From contig CALRFU010000002.1 in the NCBI GenBank assembly GCA_943356775.1, positions 1-46,523 on the forward strand: a DNA stretch of 46,523 nucleotides. The letters run 5' to 3'. The notes beneath the pieces were generated by a model, which searched no databases, had not been told where the DNA came from, and worked only from the letters and a program-made list of their open reading frames with translations. This document shows positions 18,905 to 27,187 of the stretch, one piece after another. Position 1 is the stretch's first letter, and each line of letters opens with the position of its first letter. Made by a program: the position numbers and the translations under genes. This DNA comes from Candidatus Nomurabacteria bacterium (lineage in GTDB: Bacteria > Patescibacteriota > Minisyncoccia > Phycocordibacterales > UBA2100).

Positions 18905-19406
18905 ATACCCGCTCCAAATCAACCCACGAATATTTCAATCCGTTCCATTCGCGCTTTTCTTCAAATACTTTTTTTGTGAAGGTATCGGCGTACGGCGGGA
19001 AAAAAGAATCCGCTTCTTTTTCGTTGTCGATGAGCGTGATGTAGAGTTTTTCGATATACGGGAGCGCTTGCTTGTAGATTTGCGCGCCGCCGCCGATGTA
19101 TACCTCTTGGTCGTCGAATTCTCTCCCCTTCGCAATCGCCTCTTCAAGCGAAGAAGCGACAACGACGCCCTCGTAACTCCACTCCGCATCACGGGTGACC
19201 ACGATGTTGGTACGTCCTGCGAGGGGCTTACCGTGGGTGTAGCCGAGAATAGATTCAAATGTCTTGCGCCCCATGATGATGGGGTGTCCGAGCGTTAATT
19301 CTTTGAAGCGCTTGAGGTCATCGGGAATATACCAGAGAAGCTTCTCGCCATATCCTAGCTCTCGATTCTTCCCGATAGCGACCACCGCGCAGATACGGCC
19401 CGCCAT
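18903..19406 (-). CDS. folA: Dihydrofolate reductase
   Basis: LLWYIPDDLKRFKELT.GHPIIMGRKTFESI, PLAGRTNIVVTR, IGGGAQIY, ADSFFP. Confidence 0.97.
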   Translation of the reverse strand: MAGRICAVVAIGKNRELGYGEKLLWYIPDDLKRFKELTLGHPIIMGRKTFESILGYTHGKPLAGRTNIVVTRDAEWSYEGVVVASSLEEAIAKGREFDDQEVYIGGGAQIYKQALPYIEKLYITLIDNEKEADSFFPPYADTFTKKVFEEKREWNGLKYSWVDLERV

Positions 19407-19407
19407 A

Positions 19408-20043
19408 TTATTCAAGTGCCGAGAAATCCTTTTTCAATTTTTTGAGGTCGCCATTAAATACGAGTTTCATCTCGGCCGCCCTCTCTTTCTTACCCTTCTC
19501 CACTACATCCTTCTGATGCCAGCGGGATTTACGTGGTTCGACTTTATGTTTGAGCTCTTCGAAGACAATCTGACAGAAGCGTTCGCCGGGATGGAGTTGG
19601 ATGGTTTGCGAGTTCGTGTTGTTGCGGATAGGAAGTGTGAGCGGTCCTTCGTAGCCGGAATCGATGATACCCGTGAGGTCAACAGAAAGTCCTTTGCGAT
19701 TGACGGATGAACGCGGATATAAAACGGCCATTAAATCATTCGGTACTTTGATTGTTTCGAATGTAGAGACGAGCACATATTCTTGCGGCAAAAGCTCGAA
19801 GCACTGACCTTGTTCGAGCTCGATGACATCAAAGTATTCGGGCCCATGATCTTTTAGAGGGTCGAGACTGAGGGCCTGTCTCCCCTTCGATGTCATCTTC
19901 CAGGCCTTTGGAATAAGAAAGGTGAACCCGAGGCGAAGGTCGACCGCATGCATCTGTAATTGAAATTTGTCGAGTCCCGGGTTGAACTCAATATTGCCGG
20001 ATTTAACCCGCTCAAGAATCTCGTCTTTGGTGAGGATTGCCAT
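19408..20043 (-). CDS. dcd: Dcd/dUTPase trimeric-fold protein lacking the deaminase Glu (candidate dCTP pyrophosphatase)
   Basis: VDLRLG, PRSSVNRKGL, GIIDSGYEG, GERFCQ; LTLPIRN in place of ITLExxN. Confidence 0.85.
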   Translation of the reverse strand: MAILTKDEILERVKSGNIEFNPGLDKFQLQMHAVDLRLGFTFLIPKAWKMTSKGRQALSLDPLKDHGPEYFDVIELEQGQCFELLPQEYVLVSTFETIKVPNDLMAVLYPRSSVNRKGLSVDLTGIIDSGYEGPLTLPIRNNTNSQTIQLHPGERFCQIVFEELKHKVEPRKSRWHQKDVVEKGKKERAAEMKLVFNGDLKKLKKDFSALE

Positions 20044-20055
20044 AGGTCGTACAGT

Positions 20056-20892
20056 CTACAACACGATTTGCATCCCCGTAATGGCAGGCGACGGATTGTA
20101 TTGGGCCGCGATAGGCGCGACTATTTCATCCACCAATTTCCTGTCTTTCTTCTCTGAGCGGTCAAAAACATTTTTCGGGAGGACCACATGAATTGGCTTG
20201 TGATCATTGGTTCGCTTCACCATCTCACGCGCGACATCGTACTGATTGTCCCAAACATGCGCATTGGATATTGAATGTGAATACACGCCGGACTCGACAC
20301 CGAGCTTCTGCGCCAAGATTATTTGCAAGAGAGCGAATCCGGCGACGTCTGACGGGAATCCCAAGACCATGTCATTAGAGCGCACCATGTTGTGAAGATG
20401 TAATTTACCTCCGATGATGTTGACGGTAAATGTATACGGGCACGGCACATTCGCTTTCTTCGTACCGCCGAGTCCATCCCCCGCCGGATCCCACGTGACG
20501 ACGACGCCATGACGTGAGCTTGGATCTTCTTTCAAAAGCTTCACGAGAAGTCCGAGTTGGTCGCGCCCAAAGTGTTTGCGCCACCGGTAGCCGTAGGCGA
20601 CCGTTACGACTCCGCCGGGGTTTGTGAAGCTGTCCCAGATTTTTGTGTAGTCACCCAAGAAATCGGCGGGCTTGCGAAGACCTGCAATAAACCAGACTTG
20701 CTCCGCGACAAACATCTTGACGGGGATTTTGCGGAGCGTCAGCAACGGAAAACCATCCTTACCCACGTCGTGGGAGAAATGGAGTCCCGGCACAGCTATG
20801 GTTGCGTGTCCGTTGCGCTCACTCTTTTGCTCTATCCCCTCACTGAGAATTCGCTTCAGCAAGCCTTGATACATTTCGTCGAAGCGGGTCAT
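20056..20892 (-). CDS. thyA: Thymidylate synthase (ThyA) family protein with Asn->Asp specificity substitution (candidate dCMP C5-methyltransferase)
   Basis: GFPLLT.RK, AYGYRWR, DQL, PSSR, catalytic PC, RSNDMVLGFPSDVAGF, NAHVW. Confidence 0.9.
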   Translation of the reverse strand: MTRFDEMYQGLLKRILSEGIEQKSERNGHATIAVPGLHFSHDVGKDGFPLLTLRKIPVKMFVAEQVWFIAGLRKPADFLGDYTKIWDSFTNPGGVVTVAYGYRWRKHFGRDQLGLLVKLLKEDPSSRHGVVVTWDPAGDGLGGTKKANVPCPYTFTVNIIGGKLHLHNMVRSNDMVLGFPSDVAGFALLQIILAQKLGVESGVYSHSISNAHVWDNQYDVAREMVKRTNDHKPIHVVLPKNVFDRSEKKDRKLVDEIVAPIAAQYNPSPAITGMQIVL

Positions 20893-20946
20893 TCGGGCAT
20901 TGTACGCCACGAACTTAGCACCGCAAATTGTGCTAAAGTTGCGTTC

Positions 20947-21444
20947 ATGTCGGATATTACCTATCCCTATCTCCCCTCCGGTCGCACGATTCTATACGTT
21001 CCTGAGAGCGATGCGTTTATACAAGAAGCGCGTGCATATGCCAAAGAACATTCGCTGGACGATACCGTTCAAACCGGCTCGGTCATTGTGAAAGACGGCG
21101 AGATTATCGGCCGCGGTGCAAACGGTACCGACTACCATAAAACACACGAATGCGAACGCGTGAAGCGTGGTATTCCAACCGGCCAACACTACGAACTCTG
21201 CGAGGGCTGTCATCCCAATAATCACAGCGAACCGCGTGCAATTGCCGATGCGCTCAAAAATGGCCACAAAACCCTCGGCACCGACCTCTATCTCTGGGGC
21301 CATTGGTGGTGCTGCGAGCCATGCTGGAATGCAATCATCAAAGCCGGCATCGAGAATGTGTACTTACTCAAAGACAGCGAGAAACTTTTCAACAAAGCGC
21401 ACCCCAACAACACCGTCAGCAAGCAATTTGCCGATGTAGAATGA
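20947..21444 (+). CDS. dCMP deaminase family (Zn-dependent CDA fold) protein
   Basis: GSVIVKDGEIIGRG.NG, C.R...IPTG..YELC, HSE, CEPC; start MSDITY. Confidence 0.88.
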   Translation: MSDITYPYLPSGRTILYVPESDAFIQEARAYAKEHSLDDTVQTGSVIVKDGEIIGRGANGTDYHKTHECERVKRGIPTGQHYELCEGCHPNNHSEPRAIADALKNGHKTLGTDLYLWGHWWCCEPCWNAIIKAGIENVYLLKDSEKLFNKAHPNNTVSKQFADVE

Positions 21445-21447
21445 AGT

Positions 21448-22059
21448 ATGCGCGGGAAATTCATCGTTTTTGAAGGCGGCGACGGCTCGGGCAAAACGAC
21501 TATTGTCGAGCGCCTGAAGAAAGAATTCCCTGACTTTATATTCACACAAGACCCCGGCGGCACCACATTCGGCGAGCACGTACGCGCGCTCCTTATGTCA
21601 GAAGATACAAAAAACATCGACGTGCGGGCAGAGCTCCTTCTTTTTCTCGCTTCGCGTGCTCAATTGATTTCTGAAGTAATACGGCCCGCACTTGAGAGCG
21701 GAAAGAATGTGATTTCCAACCGCTTTGCACTCTCCTCTATCGCCTATCAGCTATATGGTCGGGAGCGTCCAGAATTATTGCAGCTCTATAAGTCGGTTTC
21801 CGACGTCCTCCTCGATGGCGTACTGCCAGACGCGACAATTCTTCTCGACGTCAGCCCCGAAGTCGGTATCGCGCGAGTACACTCGCGCCCCGAAGAACCT
21901 ACTCGTTTCGACCTCGAGGCAATCGCCTTTCATGAGCGGGTACGGGATGGCTACAAAAAGCATATCGCCGAGTTCGGAACGCCCTTCATCATCGACGCAA
22001 ACAAGCCGCTTGAAGAGGTGTGGCAAAAAATCCAAGAGGCAGTACAATCGGCGCTATAA
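21448..22059 (+). CDS. tmk: Thymidylate kinase
   Basis: FIVFEGGDGSGKTT, DPGGT, ELLLFLASRAQ, NRFALSSIAYQ, IDAN. Confidence 0.96.
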   Translation: MRGKFIVFEGGDGSGKTTIVERLKKEFPDFIFTQDPGGTTFGEHVRALLMSEDTKNIDVRAELLLFLASRAQLISEVIRPALESGKNVISNRFALSSIAYQLYGRERPELLQLYKSVSDVLLDGVLPDATILLDVSPEVGIARVHSRPEEPTRFDLEAIAFHERVRDGYKKHIAEFGTPFIIDANKPLEEVWQKIQEAVQSAL

Positions 22060-22115
22060 CATTTGTATGATTTAGGTACTTTACATACCCCTTTTATTCC
22101 CCTCACTTCATCACC

Positions 22116-23384
22116 ATGAATGATTACGAGCACATCAAAAAACAAGACCCGGAAATATTCGCCTCCCTTGAGGGCGAAGAGCATCGCGAGGCAGAAGGAC
22201 TGGAATTGATACCGTCAGAAAACTACGTCTCGATGGCGGTGCGCGAGGCCAATGGTTCGTGCCTCACCAACAAATATTCCGAAGGCTATCCTGGCAAGCG
22301 TTACTACGGCGGGCAGACCTACACGGATATGGTAGAAACGCTCGCAATCGAACGTGCGAAGAAACTTTTTAATTGTGGGTACGCCAACGTGCAGACCTTG
22401 GGTGGTGCGAATGCGAATATTGCGATGTACTTCGCGCTTCTGCAACCAGGTGACACCGTGCTCGGTATGGACCTTTCACACGGCGGACATCTTACCCATG
22501 GACACCCAGTCACGTACCTCACCAAGATATTCAACTTCGTACGCTATAAGATGAAGGATCCGAACACAGGAGAAATTGATTACGATGAGATGTTGAGGGT
22601 TGCAAAAGAGAGCAAGCCTAAGATTGTGCTTGCAGGCTTCTCCGCATATCCCCGCGAGCTCAACTATGCAAAATTCGTTGAGATAGCGCGCGAGGTCGGC
22701 GCCTATGCAGTGATGGATATCGCACACATCGCTGGCCTTATCGCAGGCAAGGCGGTCAAGAGCCCTTTTGATTTTGGATTCGACGTGATGACCTCAACCA
22801 CTCACAAGACGCTCCGCGGTCCACGCGGAGGTCTTATCCTCACACGCGATAACGAGGAGATTGCCAAGAAAATAGACAAGATGGTCTTCCCCGGCCTTCA
22901 AGGCGGACCGCATATGAACAACATCGCCGCTAAGGCCGTCGCCTTCGATGAAGCGCTGCAACCCGCATTTCAGACCTACGCCGTGCAAATTCTTAAGAAC
23001 GCAAAAGCTATGGAAAAAATATTCTTGGACAACGGTGTCCGCCTGCTTACCAGCGGGACCAGCAATCACCTGCTCCTTGCCGACGTATTCGGCAGCCTCG
23101 GCATTACCGGCCAAGAGGCGGAGACATTGCTGGACCAAGCGGGAATCACACTCAACAAAAATTCGATTGCGGACGATACGCGCAAACCGATGGACCCATC
23201 CGGTATTCGCTTTGGTACACCCGCGATAACCACGCGCAAATTTACAGAAAAGGAAAGTGCGCAGGTCGCGCAATTGATGGTGGATGTGATGAAAAACAAG
23301 AGCGACGAAAAGAAGCTCGCCGCCATCCGAGAAGAAATCCGTACGCTGTGCAAGAAGTTCCCTATCCCCGAGTCGTTCGTATAA
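22116..23384 (+). CDS. glyA: Serine hydroxymethyltransferase
   Basis: LIPSENY, NKYSEGYPGKRYYGG, GGHLTHG, TTHKTLRGPRGG, FPGLQGGP. Confidence 0.98.
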   Translation: MNDYEHIKKQDPEIFASLEGEEHREAEGLELIPSENYVSMAVREANGSCLTNKYSEGYPGKRYYGGQTYTDMVETLAIERAKKLFNCGYANVQTLGGANANIAMYFALLQPGDTVLGMDLSHGGHLTHGHPVTYLTKIFNFVRYKMKDPNTGEIDYDEMLRVAKESKPKIVLAGFSAYPRELNYAKFVEIAREVGAYAVMDIAHIAGLIAGKAVKSPFDFGFDVMTSTTHKTLRGPRGGLILTRDNEEIAKKIDKMVFPGLQGGPHMNNIAAKAVAFDEALQPAFQTYAVQILKNAKAMEKIFLDNGVRLLTSGTSNHLLLADVFGSLGITGQEAETLLDQAGITLNKNSIADDTRKPMDPSGIRFGTPAITTRKFTEKESAQVAQLMVDVMKNKSDEKKLAAIREEIRTLCKKFPIPESFV

Positions 23385-23395
23385 GAATAGCGCGC

Positions 23396-24004
23396 ATGCA
23401 CTATTTCGACCTCGTAAGTTTGCTCCAACTCGTCGGCTATCCTGGCCTGTTTACTGCAGTCTTTCTCGAATCAGGAGTGTTCTTCGGGTTTTTCCTCCCT
23501 GGCGCGTCAATGCTTTTCACCGCCGGGCTCCTCGCCTCTCAAGGCATCTTCAATATATGGATACTCATTCCTCTACTCACTCTCGCCGCCATCCTTGGTG
23601 ATAGTGCTGGATACTGGTTTGGGGCGAGGGTCGGCGTGAAATTTTTTGAGCGAAAAGATTCTCGGTTTTTTCGACAAGAGTATCTGGAACGTGCAAGGGA
23701 TTTCTATCAGCACCATGGCGTGCTTGCGATAGTCCTTGCGCGTTTCCTCCCCATCATCCGTACCTTCGCACCCATCGTCGCAGGCATCGTGCAGATGCGA
23801 TACCGCACATTCTTCATGTACAACGTCATGGGCGCACTTCTCTGGGGCGCGGGCGTTACCTTCATTGGATATTACCTGGGAGAGAAAGTTCCTGGTATCG
23901 AGAAATACCTCACGCCGATTATTCTTCTCATTATTCTCGCCACCTGTATTCCCGTCGTACGGGAATATCTGCGTCAAAACAAGAAAGCTAACGCATCTGT
24001 TTGA
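23396..24004 (+). CDS. DedA family membrane protein
   Basis: FLESGVFFGFFLPG.S.LFTAG, ARFLPIIRTFAPIVAG. Confidence 0.93.
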   Translation: MHYFDLVSLLQLVGYPGLFTAVFLESGVFFGFFLPGASMLFTAGLLASQGIFNIWILIPLLTLAAILGDSAGYWFGARVGVKFFERKDSRFFRQEYLERARDFYQHHGVLAIVLARFLPIIRTFAPIVAGIVQMRYRTFFMYNVMGALLWGAGVTFIGYYLGEKVPGIEKYLTPIILLIILATCIPVVREYLRQNKKANASV

Positions 24005-24779
24005 GAAGCGCGATTCCACCCCGCAGACCGCCATTGTCCCCGAGCTCTGCCATTTTTATGACGGGTGGCTTCGGATACTTTGAGAGGAGTTTGCTCAATG
24101 ACTCTTGCACGCGTGGAATAGGAATCGGATTCACACCCACAATCATCGAGCCGCCAAGGACTATGGTATCCGATGGCCATCGCTCCATGACGACACCAAG
24201 CCCTTCTGCAAGAGTGTCCGCGAGCTTATTGCGCTCTTCTAGTGAATTCAAATCTTTCGGATGAATACCGAATTTCTTGGTAACCGCAGTACCTGAAACA
24301 ATGTCTTCCAGGTCAACCCCATTAATTTTAATACCCGCAATACCGCCAGCAGCCACAATCTTCCCCCCCCTAATCCAACCCCCGCCGACACCTGTTGAAA
24401 CGGTAATATACGCGAGTGCCGTCGCTCCTCTTCCCGCTCCTGCATATGCTTCTCCCAAGCCAGCAAGCGCCGCGTCGTTTACCACTCGTACAGAAACGCC
24501 AAGTGCACCTGAAAATTCCCGCACAATATTTGTCCCTTCCCACGCACGTAAATTACGCGCGTCTGATATCACACCTTCGTCGCTCACGCTCCCCGCGACA
24601 CAACCAGCAACTGCCGTAATTTCCTCGCCACCCGCGCATTCACGAGCCAATGCAATAAACGTTGTAATTCCTTCCGATGGCTCTTTTGGCGTCGGGATTT
24701 TCTTTATGGTATCCAACGAGTCACCTAAAACTGTGGCGACCCGCATGTTGGTCCCGCCAATGTCCGTAACGATATACAT
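23988..24779 (-). CDS. ROK family sugar kinase
   Basis: DIGGTNMR, NDAALAGLGE, ITVSTGVGGG, IVLGGS. Confidence 0.88.
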   Translation of the reverse strand: MYIVTDIGGTNMRVATVLGDSLDTIKKIPTPKEPSEGITTFIALARECAGGEEITAVAGCVAGSVSDEGVISDARNLRAWEGTNIVREFSGALGVSVRVVNDAALAGLGEAYAGAGRGATALAYITVSTGVGGGWIRGGKIVAAGGIAGIKINGVDLEDIVSGTAVTKKFGIHPKDLNSLEERNKLADTLAEGLGVVMERWPSDTIVLGGSMIVGVNPIPIPRVQESLSKLLSKYPKPPVIKMAELGDNGGLRGGIALLKQMR

Positions 24780-24788
24780 GGTCGGAGT

Positions 24789-25376
24789 TTATTGTTCTGC
24801 GACGGCAATTCCTCCAAAATCACTTTTTCGAACCTCTTTGTACAGCGGATTGGGCACCAGAGTCGGCGTGCCACTCTTATCAACGACATAATACGCAAAA
24901 CCACGCATCTGCTTCACCATCGCATAATCCGCGTGGCCGGGCATCGAAGCAGAGTCTTCCGCACCCTCCACAGGACTATCGTCTGCCGTGACGAACCACT
25001 CTTTTCCCGTATTCACAGCGAGATGTCCGTAGCCGGGCGGCATGTAGACTGAATCACCCGCTTTTACAGGAATAGCTTTGAATTCTTCAATTTTTTCTGG
25101 TTGCGGCACACCACCTTCGACGACCATCTTTTGTTGAAGAATAATTCCATCACCTTGAATTATCCAGTAGGTCTCATCGAGGTCGCCCACATGATAATGA
25201 CCGTATGTCTTTATATATTCACCATCCACCTGCCCTGATTCCCACACTGTAATATTCCGTTTCTTGGAGCCGCCGCGAATCATGTAGTAGTGGATTGCGG
25301 GCCCAGCAGCCCCGGGGCTCATCAATACCTCTTTCATCTTTTCATGAGTCCGTGCTGCATATGGTTCGAATGACAT
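24789..25376 (-). CDS. Cupin-type glucose-6-phosphate isomerase family protein
   Basis: EYIKTYGHYH, ETYWIIQGDG, VYMPPGYGHLAVNTG, GFAYYV, PNPLY. Confidence 0.82.
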   Translation of the reverse strand: MSFEPYAARTHEKMKEVLMSPGAAGPAIHYYMIRGGSKKRNITVWESGQVDGEYIKTYGHYHVGDLDETYWIIQGDGIILQQKMVVEGGVPQPEKIEEFKAIPVKAGDSVYMPPGYGHLAVNTGKEWFVTADDSPVEGAEDSASMPGHADYAMVKQMRGFAYYVVDKSGTPTLVPNPLYKEVRKSDFGGIAVAEQ

Positions 25377-25412
25377 GTAAAGTATTGTACCACCTCGTGT
25401 TATTCTGAAACC

Positions 25413-26174
25413 ATGCAATGTCCTCGCGCAGTATTCTTCGACCTCGACGACACCCTCGCGGAGAGCTTCCATGCGCCCTCACCGGAGGCACTCGCAGGAT
25501 TGAGAAAATTACTAGAGAGTATACCCGTCTCGATTATCACAGGCGCGACCTTCCAACGCATGGAGTCGCAATTCCTCTCGGAACTTGAGACCCACCCTGA
25601 TTTCGGTCGACTCTACATCTTCCCAACGAGTTCGGCGCAAGGGTACACCTACTCTCAAGGAAAATGGCAGCCTCTCTACGACCTTGCGCTCACAGAAGAG
25701 GAACGCTCTCGCATAAAGAAGGCTGTTCTCGAAGCCGTCGATAGCATCGAAGAGTTTAAGGACATTCCCCACTATGGAGAACAAATGGTTGATAAAGGAT
25801 CGCAGATTGCTTACACCCCCGTGGGAATTGATGCGCCGAAGGATGTAAAAGATTCGTGGGATACCGATGGGTCGAAACGACAATCACTCTGGAAAGCCCT
25901 CAAAAAATCACTCCCCGAATTTGAAGTCTTGGTGGGCGGCGTTACGACGATAGACATCACACGCAAAAATGTAAATAAATCATACGGCGTACTCTGGCTC
26001 TCGAAGGAGCTCGATATTCCGCCAAGTGAAATGCTCTATGTAGGAGACGCGCTGTATCCCGACGGCAACGATGCGGTCGTTATTCCGACAGGTATTCAAG
26101 TCCGCTCCGTAACGGGACCGGATGAGACGCAAACAATTATCAACGAACTCGTGGAAGTTTGCAGCACGCTATAG
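25413..26174 (+). CDS. HAD-IIB family hydrolase / phosphomannomutase-like
   Basis: FFDLDDTL, KGSQI, GGVTTIDIT, NKSYG, YVGDALYPDGND. Confidence 0.85.
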   Translation: MQCPRAVFFDLDDTLAESFHAPSPEALAGLRKLLESIPVSIITGATFQRMESQFLSELETHPDFGRLYIFPTSSAQGYTYSQGKWQPLYDLALTEEERSRIKKAVLEAVDSIEEFKDIPHYGEQMVDKGSQIAYTPVGIDAPKDVKDSWDTDGSKRQSLWKALKKSLPEFEVLVGGVTTIDITRKNVNKSYGVLWLSKELDIPPSEMLYVGDALYPDGNDAVVIPTGIQVRSVTGPDETQTIINELVEVCSTL

Positions 26175-26177
26175 TTT

Positions 26178-27182
26178 TCATTTGGTAGATGGTGCGGCGT
26201 AAAGCTGTCTTGCCTTCTCCCAGAATTCGGGATGCTTCTGTTTTTCTTTGAGGTAATACCACCACTCGGCGCCCCACAAATACTGAGTGCTAAAACTCGT
26301 CTGCCGCGCATAAGAGATGATTTCGTCGAACTTTTCGATGTCCATGCGGGCAAGCTGCGTTTCGAGAGGGGCTTTACCCGTCGGTTCGACGAGCCAGGGC
26401 TCCAGAGAGAGCTCGATGAGGAATGTCGGCTTTGTACCGTACATAAAATCCACCAGTCGCTCCTTCATACGATAGACAAGTGCAGGAAGTTTTGTTTTGA
26501 ACTGCCCAAACTCCGGATTCCAGAAATACACGTAGAGACTTGTGCCGAACGCGTCGCCGTTTTTGTACGGACCCATCCATGTCCCCAGATTGCCGCTGTC
26601 GGTCACAAGCACGGGGCGGCTATCGAGCGAATGCACGAGCGCTATTTCTTCCTTCAGAAATGTTTCGTCGAGCTCTCCGCAGTGCTCAAACGCAAACGCT
26701 TTCAGATACGGCTCGTTCTCGACTTGCCAATAGGTAATCGCGGGGTTGTCTTTGTACCGTTCCACGACCGCGGTAATGTAGGCACGCAATTCCGTTTTCT
26801 GTTCGTCCCATGAAAGGCTTTGCGCCCAATCAGGAACGTGACACTCAGGCCAGCGCGGGAGACGGCGCCCGACAGCAAGAACCACCTGCGCATCGCGTGC
26901 GCGGGCTTCGCTCAGTTGAAAATCGAGCTCGCTCCAGCTGTACACGTCGCGTTCCGGCTCTACACGCGACCAATATGCGGGGATGCGAAGATTACGCACC
27001 TTGAGGTCATCGAGGACGGCACGATAGGTCGCGCGCCAATCAAGCCCGAGCTCCTCGGCATGCATGACACTGAACGAAGCGCCGTAGGTAACATCCGCAG
27101 GCACCGGCCGGATGGTAAAGGCCAGAAAGAGAATCATTCCGAGTATGGCAAGTCCGGCTATTTTGAGTAGAGAGTACGACAT
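26178..27182 (-). CDS. Membrane-anchored clan GH-A glycoside hydrolase (GH5/GH42-like)
   Basis: N-terminal TM segment, LRIPAYWSRVEP, PRWPECHVPDW, WQVENEP (acid/base), IELSLEPW. Confidence 0.8.
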   Translation of the reverse strand: MSYSLLKIAGLAILGMILFLAFTIRPVPADVTYGASFSVMHAEELGLDWRATYRAVLDDLKVRNLRIPAYWSRVEPERDVYSWSELDFQLSEARARDAQVVLAVGRRLPRWPECHVPDWAQSLSWDEQKTELRAYITAVVERYKDNPAITYWQVENEPYLKAFAFEHCGELDETFLKEEIALVHSLDSRPVLVTDSGNLGTWMGPYKNGDAFGTSLYVYFWNPEFGQFKTKLPALVYRMKERLVDFMYGTKPTFLIELSLEPWLVEPTGKAPLETQLARMDIEKFDEIISYARQTSFSTQYLWGAEWWYYLKEKQKHPEFWEKARQLYAAPSTK

Positions 27183-27187
27183 AGGAA

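Noticed and set aside
20557-20946. N-terminal 130 aa of the 295-aa deaminase ORF
   Set aside because: Antisense shadow of thyA; the deaminase domain begins at ATG 20947.
19408-21444. Phage-type DNA hypermodification (5hmC/5mC) cassette or prophage
   Set aside because: No phage, polymerase, glycosyltransferase or integrase genes are present; linkage to DHFR, Tmk, GlyA and a deaminase points to dTMP supply. Not fully excluded without assays.
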